From: Actinomycetota bacterium
Lineage (GTDB): Bacteria; Actinomycetota; Thermoleophilia; RBG-16-64-13
Assembly (NCBI GenBank): GCA_012514635.1
Contig: JAAYZX010000007.1
Coordinates: 23,735 to 87,734 of the forward strand
DNA length: 64,000 bases
Direction: 5' to 3'
A model generated the notes under the pieces. It did no database searches and was not told the DNA's origin. It saw only the letters and a program-made list of their open reading frames with translations. Of the stretch, positions 18,650-29,147 are shown piece by piece; positions within the stretch are counted from its first letter, which is position 1, and each line of letters starts with the position of its first letter. The position numbers were made by a program, and so were the translations under genes.

Positions 18650-19528
18650 GTGACGGGCCAACAGTTTCTTCAGTACATCTTCAGTGGCATCACCAACGGG
18701 AGCATCTATGCGCTGACGGCGTTGGGCTTCACGCTGGTCTACAATGCTACTGGAATCATCAACTTCGCCCAGGGTGAATTGGTCATGCTGGGCGGCTTGA
18801 GTGCTATTGGGCTTTATAGGGCGGGGCTCCCTCTACCGCTGGCCTTCGTCGGTGCCCTTATCATCGTGCTGATCGTAGCCGTCATGTTCGAGCAGCTTGC
18901 CATCCGCCCTCTTATGGCCAAAGGTGTGCTCGCCCAGGTCATTGCCACGGTGGGCGCCTCACTGGCTCTGCGTACGGCGGCCATGATGATCTGGGGAAGA
19001 GAGGCACTTCCTCTCCCTCCTTTTTCGGGAGACACTCCTATTCGCGTGTTGGGCGCCAGCCTCACTCCACAGACCCTATGGGTGGTTGGCACAACCATCG
19101 TCATCGTGTTGGCGTTGCAGTTCTTCTACAAGCGCACACTCACCGGAAAAGCGGTGCGCGCGTGTGCCGTCAACCCGTTGGCCGCAAGGTTGATGGGAGT
19201 ATCGTACGCCAGTGTGGTGCTGCTCAGTTTTGCGGTCAGCGGCGTTATCTCGGCGGCCGGCGGCGCAATGGTTGCACCCATCAGCTTCATGAGTTATTCG
19301 TCGGGGGCGTTGCTTGGTCTGAAGGGATTCGCTGCCGCCACATTAGGAGGGTTGGGTAACCCGCTGGCGGCCGTCTTTGGTGGGCTGACTCTCGGGATCC
19401 TGGAGGGGCTGGCTGTGGGGCTGGTTTCGTCAGGTTACAAAGACGCCATCGCTTTTGTGATTCTTCTGCTGGTCTTGTTCGTGCGTCCGCAGGGGCTTTT
19501 CGGGGGTCGGGTGGTGGAGCGAGAATGA
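18650..19528 (+). CDS. ABC transporter permease (LivH family)
   Basis: Polytopic membrane protein of the branched-chain amino acid permease family. GTG start. Confidence 0.85.
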   Translation: MTGQQFLQYIFSGITNGSIYALTALGFTLVYNATGIINFAQGELVMLGGLSAIGLYRAGLPLPLAFVGALIIVLIVAVMFEQLAIRPLMAKGVLAQVIATVGASLALRTAAMMIWGREALPLPPFSGDTPIRVLGASLTPQTLWVVGTTIVIVLALQFFYKRTLTGKAVRACAVNPLAARLMGVSYASVVLLSFAVSGVISAAGGAMVAPISFMSYSSGALLGLKGFAAATLGGLGNPLAAVFGGLTLGILEGLAVGLVSSGYKDAIAFVILLLVLFVRPQGLFGGRVVERE

Positions 19529-20502
19529 GCACGCCCGTGGGTTTCTGGAATCGTAACTGGGGTTTCATCACGCTGGCGGTGGTGGCGTTGGCCATGCCAC
19601 TCTTGGTCGCGGACGCGTATCTCCTTAGCATTCTGGCCTTCATGGCCACCCGCTTCATGGTGGTCATCGGTCTGAGTCTCTTGTTGGGCCAGGCCGGTCA
19701 GATATCGTTGGGGCACGCAGCGTTTGTTGCCATCGGAGCCTACGGTTCGGCTCTGTTGGTTACCCGCCTGAGCATGAATCCGTGGTTGGCCATGGTTGTT
19801 GCTGCCGTGTTGGCGGCCGGCGTGGCCGGTGTCATAGGCATCCCAACCCTGAAGCTCAAGGGGCACTATCTGGCGATGGCCACTCTGGGCTTCGGAGAGA
19901 TTGTGTTCATCCTGCTTGTGCAGTTGAAGGGACTCACTCGTGGCACCGACGGTATCACGGGGATTCCCCCGTTGACATTGGGCTCTTTGGATTTCAGTCA
20001 ACCCCGTCTCTATCACGTATTGGTCTGGTTGGTGGCTTTGATCGTCTTCCGTTTGGCACTGAATTTGTCGGAGTCCAGGGTGGGACGATCTCTCAAAGCC
20101 CTGCGTCGTTCGGAGCTGGCTGCGGAGTCGCTGGGGGTGAATGCGTCCTGGCGCAAACTGCAGGTCTTCATGATTTCGGCTGTGTTCGCTAGTCTGGCCG
20201 GCAGTTTTGATGCTCACTACGTTCAGTTCATCAGCCCCGACTCATACGGCATAACCTTCTCCGTGATCTTGGTGTGCTCAGTTGTGATTGGAGGGTTTCG
20301 CAGCGTGTGGGGAGCGCTTTGGGGCACGCTGGCCACGGTCATTCTGCCGGAGGTCATCAAACGGATACACGAGGACGCCGTCAATCTGGTCTTCGGGATC
20401 TTACTCATCCTCATCGTGGTGCTGTTGCCCGTGAAGAGTGGCCCTCTGGCGCGGGTGGCGCACGATGTGCGTTGTCTGTTCCATCGGGAAGAGAGGGGCT
20501 GA
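19525..20502 (+). CDS. ABC transporter permease (LivM family)
   Basis: ATGA start/stop overlap with the preceding permease. Polytopic membrane protein. Confidence 0.85.
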   Translation: MSTPVGFWNRNWGFITLAVVALAMPLLVADAYLLSILAFMATRFMVVIGLSLLLGQAGQISLGHAAFVAIGAYGSALLVTRLSMNPWLAMVVAAVLAAGVAGVIGIPTLKLKGHYLAMATLGFGEIVFILLVQLKGLTRGTDGITGIPPLTLGSLDFSQPRLYHVLVWLVALIVFRLALNLSESRVGRSLKALRRSELAAESLGVNASWRKLQVFMISAVFASLAGSFDAHYVQFISPDSYGITFSVILVCSVVIGGFRSVWGALWGTLATVILPEVIKRIHEDAVNLVFGILLILIVVLLPVKSGPLARVAHDVRCLFHREERG

Positions 20503-20503
20503 G

Positions 20504-21268
20504 ATGCCCCTCATGCGTTTAGATGGTGTTTCGAAGCGGTTCGGGGGTCTGGAGGCGCTGCGTGAGGTCAGTTTTGCACTTCACGTAGGACAGATCATGG
20601 CTTTGATCGGTCCCAACGGCGCCGGCAAAACCACCCTCTTCAATTGTGTGGCCGGAGCCGATCGCCCGAGTGCCGGTCAGGTGTTCTTTCGTGGCGAGGA
20701 TGTGACGGGACGTCCCGCGCATGCTATGTGCCGCGCAGGTTTGGCCCGGACGTTCCAGCACAGCCGTCTCTTTGATGACTTGACTGTGCTGGAGAATGTC
20801 ATCGTGGGGCGGCATTGCCGGACCTATGCAGGTTTGGCGGCGGCCTTCCTGCGGTTACCGCGGCACGGGCGCGAAGAGCGGGAATCGCGGGAGCAGGCCA
20901 TGCACGCCCTCACGCGCGTAGGGTTGGCCGACCGGGCGCAGGATGAAGCAGGGTCGCTGCCCCTGGGTGAACGCCATCTCTTGGAGATAGCACGTGGGTT
21001 GGCCACCGAGCCGGTCCTTCTGTTGCTCGATGAGCCGGCGGCGGGTCTTAACGACGAGGAGACCGCAAACCTGGGTCACTGCGTGCGGCGCATCCGCGAC
21101 GATGGTGTCACCATACTGCTGGTAGAGCACGACATGACCTTCGTGATGGATATATCAGACCAGGTGGTGGTGCTGGACTACGGGCGTAAGATTGCCGATG
21201 GTCCGCCGCTCATGATCCAAGCGGATCCTGAAGTGATCCGCGCATACTTGGGCGAAGATCTAGAATGA
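20504..21268 (+). CDS. ABC transporter ATP-binding protein (LivG family)
   Basis: Walker A GPNGAGKTT, signature LPLGERHLLEIARG, Walker B LLLDEP. AGAGGGG RBS. The ATG at 20504 follows the livM stop. Confidence 0.85.
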   Translation: MPLMRLDGVSKRFGGLEALREVSFALHVGQIMALIGPNGAGKTTLFNCVAGADRPSAGQVFFRGEDVTGRPAHAMCRAGLARTFQHSRLFDDLTVLENVIVGRHCRTYAGLAAAFLRLPRHGREERESREQAMHALTRVGLADRAQDEAGSLPLGERHLLEIARGLATEPVLLLLDEPAAGLNDEETANLGHCVRRIRDDGVTILLVEHDMTFVMDISDQVVVLDYGRKIADGPPLMIQADPEVIRAYLGEDLE

Positions 21269-22077
21269 ATGCTTTTGTTGACACCCCCCCTTCGCATGAC
21301 ACCGTGCTGCGACTGCGTGGACTGCGGGCGGGATACGGGGCCGTGGAGGTGCTGCGCGATGTTGATCTCGATGTGGCGCATGGAGAGATTGTGACCATCA
21401 TCGGGGTAAATGGATCCGGCAAGAGCACACTGCTCAAGACAATCTCGGGAGTTGTGAAACCCTGGGAAGGAGTCATAGAGCTGAAAGGTGAGAACCTGGT
21501 GGGTCTGGGCGTGGAGCAGGTGGTGGCGCGGGGTGTGGTGCAGGTGCCGGAGGGTCGGCAACTGTTTGGGCCGTTGACCGTCCAGGAAAACCTGGAACTG
21601 GGTAGCTATTCGCGGCGAGGTAAGCGCGGTCGACCGGCTGCGGACAAGATGGAAGAGGTATTTGAACTGTTCCCCCGTCTTCAGGAGCGGCGACTTCAGC
21701 ACGCCGCTACGCTGTCCGGAGGCGAGCAACAGATGCTGGCTGTAGGTCGCGCATTGATGGCCGAGCCGCGGGTCCTGCTGCTGGATGAACCTTCCATGGG
21801 GTTGGCGCCGCTGGTGGTCAAGGAGATATTCCGGACACTGAGGGAGTTGAACGAGCGAGGATTGACGCTTCTGTTGGTGGAGCAGGATGCGCGGATTGCT
21901 CTGTCGCTGGCGCATCGTGGTTTGGTGATGGAGCGAGGGCGCATCGTCATGGAGGATGGCGCCGCCTCATTGCTGGCTGCCGATATCCAGTCGATCTATT
22001 TTGGTCACGGGGGCGGGCGCACTGATGTGACCGAAGATGGACACGAGAAATACCCAGTCGTCCGGGAAGGGGATTGA
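21265..22077 (+). CDS. ABC transporter ATP-binding protein (LivF family)
   Basis: Walker A GVNGSGKST, signature LSGGEQQML, Walker B LLLDEPS. Confidence 0.85.
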   Translation: MNAFVDTPPSHDTVLRLRGLRAGYGAVEVLRDVDLDVAHGEIVTIIGVNGSGKSTLLKTISGVVKPWEGVIELKGENLVGLGVEQVVARGVVQVPEGRQLFGPLTVQENLELGSYSRRGKRGRPAADKMEEVFELFPRLQERRLQHAATLSGGEQQMLAVGRALMAEPRVLLLDEPSMGLAPLVVKEIFRTLRELNERGLTLLLVEQDARIALSLAHRGLVMERGRIVMEDGAASLLAADIQSIYFGHGGGRTDVTEDGHEKYPVVREGD

Positions 22078-22080
22078 GTT

Positions 22081-23385
22081 ATGAACGAGATCTGGAACCC
22101 GGAATACGAAACCATGACACGCAAAGATTTGCGCACGCTGCAGGAAAAGCGTTTGCAGATGACGCTGCGTTGGGCGCACTCTTCTGTGCCTTTCTATCGA
22201 CAGCGGTGGGAAGAAAGCGGCATCAACGTGCGAGACATCAAGACTCTGGATGACGTGACACGTCTGCCGTTCACTACCAAAGCCGACTTCAGACGAGCCT
22301 ACCCTTACGGCATGTTCGCGGTACCGCTGGAAAGGGTCATTCGCATTCATACGTCATCGGGTAGTCCTTCTTCTCCCACCGTGGTGGGGTTCACACGCGG
22401 GGATCTCAATACCTGGGCCGAGCTGTGCGCCCGCGCCGGCACGGCCGGCGGGGCGCGCTCGCACGATGTGGTACAGATCACTTTCGGTTACGGTCTGCAG
22501 ACGGGGGCGTTGGGATGGCACGCCGGATTGGAGCGCCTAGGGGCCACCGTTATCCCCACGTCCACTGGTGCAACCAAGCGCCAGTTGATGATCATGCGCG
22601 ATTATCACACCAGCGTTCTGGCCGGATCGCCTTTCTATGGACTTCATCTGTGCTACGTGGCTGACGAACTCGGGATCCGCCCACCGGACCTTAATCTGCG
22701 CATAGCTCTTCTCGGGGGAGAGCCTTGGAGCGAAGCTATCCGCCGCGAGATACAAGAGCGCCTGGGAGTCCAGGCACGTGATACGTATGGAGTGTCGGAG
22801 GTGCTGGGACCCGGTTTGTCCTTTGAGTGCCCGGCGGAAGATGGGCTACACGTCAACGAGGATCACGTGTTGGTGGAAGTGGTGGATCCAAAGAGCGGTG
22901 TGCTGCTTGCGGAGGGAGAGGAAGGTGAGCTGGTGTTCACATCACTCACCAAGGAAGCCGTGCCGGTTATCCGTTACCGCACGGGTGATCTGGCTGCAAT
23001 TACCACGCAACGCTGTGCGTGCGGTCGTACACTGGTGCGCCATACCCGTGTACAACGTCGCTGTGACGACATGCTCAAAGTGAGGGGTGTCAACGTGTTC
23101 CCGGCACAGGTGGAGAACGTCCTGGCCGCTGCGATGGGAGTGCCACCGCGATTCCAGATCCTTCTTGAAACCGAAGCCGGTTTGGATCAGATGGAGGTAC
23201 TTGTGCCCATGGACCCGGCGCTCTTCACAGACGATATACGGGATTTTGTAGACCTGCGACGGGAGCTGGAAGAGCGGCTGGCCGATGAGTTGGCCGTTAG
23301 GGTCCGCGTGAGATTCGTGGAGCCCACCGTTTTTACCACAGTCGACGAACTGCCGGCACGGGTGGTCGATAAACGACGCAGATAA
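22081..23385 (+). CDS. paaK: Phenylacetate-CoA ligase family (PaaK-like aryl-acetate/aryl-acid:CoA ligase)
   Basis: N-terminal LQEKRLQ...VPFYRQ, AMP-binding TSSGSPSSPT, about 434 aa, typical of PaaK. Confidence 0.8.
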   Translation: MNEIWNPEYETMTRKDLRTLQEKRLQMTLRWAHSSVPFYRQRWEESGINVRDIKTLDDVTRLPFTTKADFRRAYPYGMFAVPLERVIRIHTSSGSPSSPTVVGFTRGDLNTWAELCARAGTAGGARSHDVVQITFGYGLQTGALGWHAGLERLGATVIPTSTGATKRQLMIMRDYHTSVLAGSPFYGLHLCYVADELGIRPPDLNLRIALLGGEPWSEAIRREIQERLGVQARDTYGVSEVLGPGLSFECPAEDGLHVNEDHVLVEVVDPKSGVLLAEGEEGELVFTSLTKEAVPVIRYRTGDLAAITTQRCACGRTLVRHTRVQRRCDDMLKVRGVNVFPAQVENVLAAAMGVPPRFQILLETEAGLDQMEVLVPMDPALFTDDIRDFVDLRRELEERLADELAVRVRVRFVEPTVFTTVDELPARVVDKRRR

Positions 23386-23459
23386 TCGCATGATGTATAT
23401 GAATATGACGGTTTCCCAATACTTAATTCTCTCAGCTGCTCAATAGATAAGGATCGCTC

Positions 23460-23843
23460 ATGTCTCTTGAACCCGGTCTCCAGGGGTCGGTAAGCACTGT
23501 AGTGGTGGCGGATAACACGGCACTCGCTCAGGGCACCGGTCCGGTACGCAGTCTGTCGACTCCCGCTATGGTGGTCCTGATGGAGAAGGCGGCACTGCGT
23601 GCCATTGCCGACCACCTGCCGGAGGATCGTGCCACCGTGGGGACGCATTTGGACGTCTCTCATCTGGCGCCTACGCGTGTCGGGATGACGATAAAGGCCT
23701 CTGCCACCCTCACGGCTGTGGAGGGGCGTCGTCTCTTGTTTGAGGTGTCGACGGAGGACGAGGCCGGAGTTGTAGGGCGGGGAACGCACGAGCGGGTGGT
23801 CATTGTGTTGGAGGCGTTCGAGCATAAGCTGAGGAACCGCTGA
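23460..23843 (+). CDS. Hotdog-fold acyl-CoA thioesterase family protein
   Basis: 127-aa hotdog-like sequence. Position directly after a CoA ligase. Confidence 0.55.
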   Translation: MSLEPGLQGSVSTVVVADNTALAQGTGPVRSLSTPAMVVLMEKAALRAIADHLPEDRATVGTHLDVSHLAPTRVGMTIKASATLTAVEGRRLLFEVSTEDEAGVVGRGTHERVVIVLEAFEHKLRNR

Positions 23844-24129
23844 AAGATGGACGCAACAGGGCGGATTCAGCGGACGGACCGAGGTGGGCGCCGATGCGTG
23901 TAGTGGGCGGTGTGGGCCGAGATGTGTATGATATAAAGGTAAAGGTAATATAAAGAACAGGTGGCAGGCTGAGGCGGGGCTTCGTACACGAAGCGCTACC
24001 GAGGGAGGTGTATCAGAGCCACCGTGTTTGCAATCGGAGACTGCGCGCCGGTCGTCACGAGGCATCTGGGCCACAACTTGACCCCGATGGTTCCCCCTCC
24101 AAGGCGGGCCGGGGAAGGCGCGTCAAATC

Positions 24130-24891
24130 GTGATTGAGATCTTCTTCGCCCGTGTGCGGATGGCGCCTCTGTCGGTGCTGCTGACCGACTACGACGGGAC
24201 GCTGGCGCCGTTTTTGATCGATCGAAACGCGGCGGTCCCCTATCCGGGGGTTACAGAGGCACTGAACGGGCTTCGTCGCAGTGGGCGTACCGAGATTGTG
24301 GTGGTCAGCGGACGCCCTGTGGCAGAAGTGACCACACTTCTGGGTATGGATCCGGCGCCTGAGATTTGGGGAGCGCACGGATGGGAGTGCCGGACGGCCG
24401 ACGGCAAGAAGAAGATTTTTCCGGTGCCCAGACACGTACAAGATGCCGTGGCCTTCTGCCGCGACCGACTTCTCACACTGACGCAGGAAGACCAAGTGGA
24501 GGTGAAACCCAGTGGGGTGGCCGTTCACTGGAGAGGTCTGTCCCCCGAAGAGCAGTTGAGACTGAGGGAAGAATCCCTAATGTTACTGCGTCCAGCGGCC
24601 GGTTGCACGGGACTGGAAGTGCTCCCCTTTGATGGCGGCATGGAGCTGAGATTCAAAGGCCGCGACAAAGGGGATGTAGTTTCTGAAGTCCTAGCCACAC
24701 GCCCTCCAGGTGTACCGGTGGCCTACCTGGGTGATGACGATACAGATGAGGATGCCTTCAAAGCCCTTGGGAAGAGAGGTCTCACCGTACTGGTTCGCCG
24801 TGAGTACAGGCCGACCCGCGCAGAGCTGTGGTTGCGCCCGCCCGAGGAATTGCTCTCATTCTTGCAGGGGTGGACGAATGCCACAAGATGA
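24130..24891 (+). CDS. otsB: Trehalose-6-phosphate phosphatase (HAD superfamily)
   Basis: HAD motif I LTDYDGTLAP, GDDDTDEDAF motif. Precedes otsA. Confidence 0.8.
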   Translation: MIEIFFARVRMAPLSVLLTDYDGTLAPFLIDRNAAVPYPGVTEALNGLRRSGRTEIVVVSGRPVAEVTTLLGMDPAPEIWGAHGWECRTADGKKKIFPVPRHVQDAVAFCRDRLLTLTQEDQVEVKPSGVAVHWRGLSPEEQLRLREESLMLLRPAAGCTGLEVLPFDGGMELRFKGRDKGDVVSEVLATRPPGVPVAYLGDDDTDEDAFKALGKRGLTVLVRREYRPTRAELWLRPPEELLSFLQGWTNATR

Positions 24892-24907
24892 GGGGAGATG
24901 AGCATTA

Positions 24908-26392
24908 ATGAGCGAGAAGAAGACCGAAGCGCGTTTCATTGTGGCCTCGAACCGGCTGCCCTTTGTGTTGGCTCGTGGCCCCGACGAGGAATGGACCATT
25001 GAGGCGGGCAGCGGAGGATTGGTAACCGCGTTGCTGCCGGTTTTGCGGAACCGCGGGGGGCTGTGGATAGGTTGGCCTGGGACGTGGGAGGAGGTTCCCC
25101 ATCTGCATGAGCTCATGGGGCGTGTTGGGAAGGAACTGGGCTGTACATTCCGTCCTGTGCCGATCGATCAGGACCTGTACCACGATTACTATTTAGGTTA
25201 CTCCAACGAAACGATATGGCCTCTCTTTCACGACCTGCAATCGCGATGTGTCTTTGAGCCGCACTTCTGGCAGGCGTATATGGAGGTCAACCGGCGGTTT
25301 GCCGATGAGATCGCTCGGCGTGTACGCCCCACAGATTTCGTGTGGGTACACGACTATCAGCTGATGATGGTAGGCGAACAGTTGCGGAAACGAGGGGTCA
25401 CCAGTCGCATCGGCTTCTTCCTGCACATCCCCTTCCCGGCCCCAGATATCTTCATGAAGCTTCCCGAACGCCAGACACTTCTGGCGGGCATGCTGCAATA
25501 CGATCTGATCGGTTTCCAAACGCAACGGGATAGGCGGAATTTCATCCAGTGCATTCGTCTTCTCACCAAAAATATCCGTGTGCGGGCTGTAGGATCGCTT
25601 CACCGCATATGGTATGAAGAACGAGAAGTGGACGTTGGTGTTTTTCCTATCAGCATCGACTACCGGTCTTTCCACAGGCGCAGTGAGGAGCCTGCAGTGC
25701 GGGAATGGGCCGACGAGGCGAAGGCGGCCCTTCCCGGCCGCGCGCTGATGCTGGGGTTGGATCGTCTTGACTACACCAAAGGCATTCCGGAGAGACTGCG
25801 TGCGTTCAGGCATCTTCTACGCTCTCGACCGGAAACGCACAGCCGCGTCAATCTGATACAGGTGGTTGTTCCCAGTAGAGCGGAGATCGCCGGCTACGAT
25901 GAGCTGCGGACGGAGATAGAGCAGCTGGTGGGGGCCATCAACGGCGAGTTCACGCGACGGGGATGGGTGCCGGTACACTATATGTATCGCAGTCTTCCGT
26001 CCCTAGATTTGCTTGGGTACTACCGCGCCGCCGACGTAGGTGTCATAACGCCGCTCAAAGACGGCATGAATCTGGTGGCCAAGGAATATTGCGCCTGCAA
26101 CGCGGATGGTAAGGGCGTCTTGGTGCTCAGTCAGTTCGCGGGAGTATCGGCGCAATTAGGGCGCCACTCCCTCGTGGTCAACCCCTATGACGTCGAACAG
26201 ACCTCTGAGGCCCTCTATCAGGCGTGGATCATGCCGGTGGTGGAGAGACGGGAACGCATGCGGCGTATGCGCCGGGTTATCCGCAGACAAGACATCTTCT
26301 GGTGGGTGAACGCGTTTGTACGTGCTGCAATCGATCGGCATTTGGAGGACTTCCCTGTACTCGAGGAGTTCATCCCGGAAATGATGGATTAG
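24908..26392 (+). CDS. otsA: Alpha,alpha-trehalose-phosphate synthase (GT20)
   Basis: FIVASNRLPF, WVHDYQLMMV, HIPFP motifs characteristic of OtsA. 494 aa. Confidence 0.9.
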   Translation: MSEKKTEARFIVASNRLPFVLARGPDEEWTIEAGSGGLVTALLPVLRNRGGLWIGWPGTWEEVPHLHELMGRVGKELGCTFRPVPIDQDLYHDYYLGYSNETIWPLFHDLQSRCVFEPHFWQAYMEVNRRFADEIARRVRPTDFVWVHDYQLMMVGEQLRKRGVTSRIGFFLHIPFPAPDIFMKLPERQTLLAGMLQYDLIGFQTQRDRRNFIQCIRLLTKNIRVRAVGSLHRIWYEEREVDVGVFPISIDYRSFHRRSEEPAVREWADEAKAALPGRALMLGLDRLDYTKGIPERLRAFRHLLRSRPETHSRVNLIQVVVPSRAEIAGYDELRTEIEQLVGAINGEFTRRGWVPVHYMYRSLPSLDLLGYYRAADVGVITPLKDGMNLVAKEYCACNADGKGVLVLSQFAGVSAQLGRHSLVVNPYDVEQTSEALYQAWIMPVVERRERMRRMRRVIRRQDIFWWVNAFVRAAIDRHLEDFPVLEEFIPEMMD

Positions 26393-26545
26393 TTGCCGGC
26401 ACTAGCGAGGAGTGTCAAGCATGATTGGAAAGACTGGTGGATTTACTTTGGGTTATGCGCTACGGCGAAAGCGTCGTGGCTCGCCAAGACAGTTGTGGTA
26501 GCATGACGCTGCTCAAAAAGCACTTGCGGCCGGAGGATTGAAGGA

Positions 26546-27304
26546 ATGTCGAAAGCGATTATCGATTTGAGTGGCAAGGTGGCCATCGTCACCGGGGGCA
26601 CTCGTGGAATCGGGGCGGAGATGGTGCGCACCCTCGCTCTGCAGGGGGCGGATATAGCGCTCAACTATCGCAAGAGCGTCGATGAGGCGGCCAAATTGGT
26701 GGAGGAACTGCAGGCCATGGGCCGGAAGGCCATCGCGGTACAGGCCGACGTCTCCAGCATGGCCGACGCCGAGAAGATGGTGGCCAAGGTTGTCGAGGAG
26801 TTGGGCGGGGTCCACATCTTAGTGTGCAACGCCGGCATGAACTGGGACGGCGTTATATGGAAGATGACGGAAGACCAGTTCGACCGCGTAATTGACGTCG
26901 ACCTGAAGGGTACGTGGAACTACCTGCGTGCCTGCGCTCCGTACTTCAGAGAGCAGAACTACGGTCGCTTTATCAGCGTAACCTCTATCAACGGCATACG
27001 AGGCAAGTTCGGTCAGACCAACTACTCCGCCGCCAAAGCCGGCGCCATTGGTCTCACAAAGGCTGCAGCCAAGGAGCTGGGTAAGTACGGCGTTACGTGC
27101 AACTCGGTGGCTCCCGGTTTCATCCTGACGGAGATGGGCGAGAGTATGCCGGACGAGTTTAAACAGGCCGCTGTAGACGAGTCGGCTGTGAAACGCGCGG
27201 GAGTACCCGACGATATAGCCTGGACTGTGGCCTTCCTGGCGTCTGAACTGGGTCGTCACATTACGGGTGAAGTCATCAAGGTGGATGGCGGCCAGTATAT
27301 CTAG
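26546..27304 (+). CDS. Short-chain dehydrogenase/reductase (FabG-like)
   Basis: TGGTRGIG cofactor motif, NAG, catalytic YSAAK. 252 aa. Confidence 0.85.
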   Translation: MSKAIIDLSGKVAIVTGGTRGIGAEMVRTLALQGADIALNYRKSVDEAAKLVEELQAMGRKAIAVQADVSSMADAEKMVAKVVEELGGVHILVCNAGMNWDGVIWKMTEDQFDRVIDVDLKGTWNYLRACAPYFREQNYGRFISVTSINGIRGKFGQTNYSAAKAGAIGLTKAAAKELGKYGVTCNSVAPGFILTEMGESMPDEFKQAAVDESAVKRAGVPDDIAWTVAFLASELGRHITGEVIKVDGGQYI

Positions 27305-27377
27305 AGTGGCAGCAGACTCTGCGATGTCTCCGCCGACGCCCTGCGGGTGCCGACGGGGAAGCGGAGAAAAGGTAACA

Positions 27378-27412
27378 GGGGCCCGGTTTTCGATAGCCGG
27401 ACCCCTTTGCTA
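27378..27412 (+). terminator. Putative rho-independent terminator after the SDR gene
   Basis: GGGGCCCGG-N10-CCGGACCCC (8/9 bp) followed by TTTGCTAT. Confidence 0.4.
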
Positions 27413-27472
27413 TACACGGTGCAGCAAGAGGTGTGTTGAGGAAGAGGATGTCCCACGAGAAAAGGAGACTAC

Positions 27473-28609
27473 ATGAGTTTGGATTGGTTGCCACGCGACA
27501 ATGAGATCAAAGACCATCGGCTGTTCAAGGGCGAGGAATATTGGGGCACGGAAGCTCCCTGCACCATGTTCGAAAAGAAGCCTTTGGTGGACCCGGACGG
27601 CAACGAGATTCCCGGTCTCTACACGGCTTGGATCACTCTCAACAACCCTGCACAGTACAACTCGTACACCACTGAGATGGTTAAAGGTGTAATCGCCGGT
27701 TTCTGGAACGCCTCCACCGCCCGCGATGTGGTTGCGGTGGTTTTCACCGGAGCGGGCAAAGCCGCCTTCTGCACCGGCGGCAACACCGTAGAGTATTCCG
27801 AGTACTACTCGCGTAGGCCCAAGGAATACCAAGATTACATGGAACTGTTCAACGGGATGGTGGACTCCATTCTGGCCTGCAAAAAACCCGTCATCTGCCG
27901 GGTCAACGGCATGCGGATTGCCGGTGGGCAGGAAATCGGTATGGCTGCCGACCTTGCAGTAGCTGCAGATACTGCCGTGTTCGGTCAGGCCGGCCCGCGC
28001 CACGGCTCCGCCGCCGTTGGTGGTGCTACCGACTTCCTCTGCGAGTTTCTCTCCATCGAAGACGCCATTTGGAGCGGCTTCATGTGCGAGATGTGGTCGG
28101 CCTACAAGATGCGGGTCAAGAACCTCATCACCAAAGCAGTCCCGGTCCTCAAGAAGGACGGCGAATTCATTCGCAATCCGCTGGTCATCACCGACAGCTA
28201 TGTCAAAGACGGCGAGATCGTCTACGGTGAGATGAAGGCCGGCGCTGAGGCGAAGGCTGCGCGCGAACTCATGGCTTCCTGCGAATACGATTACTCGGCT
28301 CTGGATGCCGAAGTAAATAGGATCATCTGGCAGATCGCCAACCTATTCGAGGGCAACGTACAGATGTCGCTCGACTCCATGCGCATGAAGAAGCGCTTTT
28401 TCTGGGATCAGTCCAAGGTGCTTATGCGCCAGTGGCTGGGACAGAACATGATGCTCGACGCCTTCCTGGGCTTCCACGCGTTCAGCACGCGCAAGCTCAC
28501 CGGCAAGGACACCATCGACTTTATCAAGTACCGTCAGTTGGTGGCCGAAGGCAGGCTCATGGAACTCGATGCGCTCGAGGAAATCATGCCGAAGCCACTG
28601 CAGAAGTAA
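27473..28609 (+). CDS. Large crotonase-superfamily (enoyl-CoA hydratase/isomerase) protein. Possibly a BamA/Oah-like ring-hydrolysing 6-oxocyclohex-1-ene-1-carbonyl-CoA hydrolase.
   Basis: Crotonase core VVFTGAGKAAFCTGGN ... VNGMRIAGGQEIGMAAD. The 378-aa length with a long C-terminal extension matches Oah/BamA-type members rather than 260-aa hydratases. The BamA assignment is inference. Confidence 0.7.
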   Translation: MSLDWLPRDNEIKDHRLFKGEEYWGTEAPCTMFEKKPLVDPDGNEIPGLYTAWITLNNPAQYNSYTTEMVKGVIAGFWNASTARDVVAVVFTGAGKAAFCTGGNTVEYSEYYSRRPKEYQDYMELFNGMVDSILACKKPVICRVNGMRIAGGQEIGMAADLAVAADTAVFGQAGPRHGSAAVGGATDFLCEFLSIEDAIWSGFMCEMWSAYKMRVKNLITKAVPVLKKDGEFIRNPLVITDSYVKDGEIVYGEMKAGAEAKAARELMASCEYDYSALDAEVNRIIWQIANLFEGNVQMSLDSMRMKKRFFWDQSKVLMRQWLGQNMMLDAFLGFHAFSTRKLTGKDTIDFIKYRQLVAEGRLMELDALEEIMPKPLQK

Positions 28610-28635
28610 GCACGGCGGCATATTAAGAAGGGCTG

Positions 28636-28678
28636 GTCGGGGCCGGGACGTCGTTTGGCGTCTCGGCCCCGACTTTAA
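28636..28678 (+). terminator. Putative terminator after the crotonase gene
   Basis: GTCGGGGCCGGGACG-N8-CGTCTCGGCCCCGAC (14/15 bp) followed by TTTAAT. Confidence 0.45.
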
Positions 28679-29147
28679 TGGTGGTATCTTGCTCTGGAAC
28701 GACCATAGCGGAGGCTGCATACGTGTGGTGGCGACGTCTTTGTAGGGAGCGGCCCCTATTTCGTACGCATCGTGCGCCGTTCCAGGCCCTGGAATGGGCA
28801 CCGGACGAGTTGGTAGCCCACGAGGGAACACTTTTTAAAGTAACCCGCTGGGAGGAGCTCGCCGTTACGCATCTGTCGCGCGGTGGATCAGTGGGAGAAT
28901 GGGAAGTCTGGGGCAGACCGGCGACTGATGAAGAAGTAGCGGCAACTGCTTCAGCCGCCGTTGAACGCATTCTGTCTGACACGGATTCCTCAGAAACCGG
29001 CTGATTGCCCGGTTGGCCGAGAAACCCGTACCGTAGAGGGCCTTCGTTTGCTACAGTGACTGCGTGTCGGTCATGGATTGGTGGGAGTGCGGCCGCACGC
29101 ATGAAGACCATGACTCGTTGATCCGAACGAGGAAAGGAATGTAGTGC

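Noticed and set aside
28678-29004. 108-aa ORF in the nfnA leader
   Set aside because: The ATG sits inside the preceding terminator's T-tract with no RBS, and A/T-ending codons are atypical for this genome. More likely non-coding leader, though a horizontally acquired small gene cannot be excluded.
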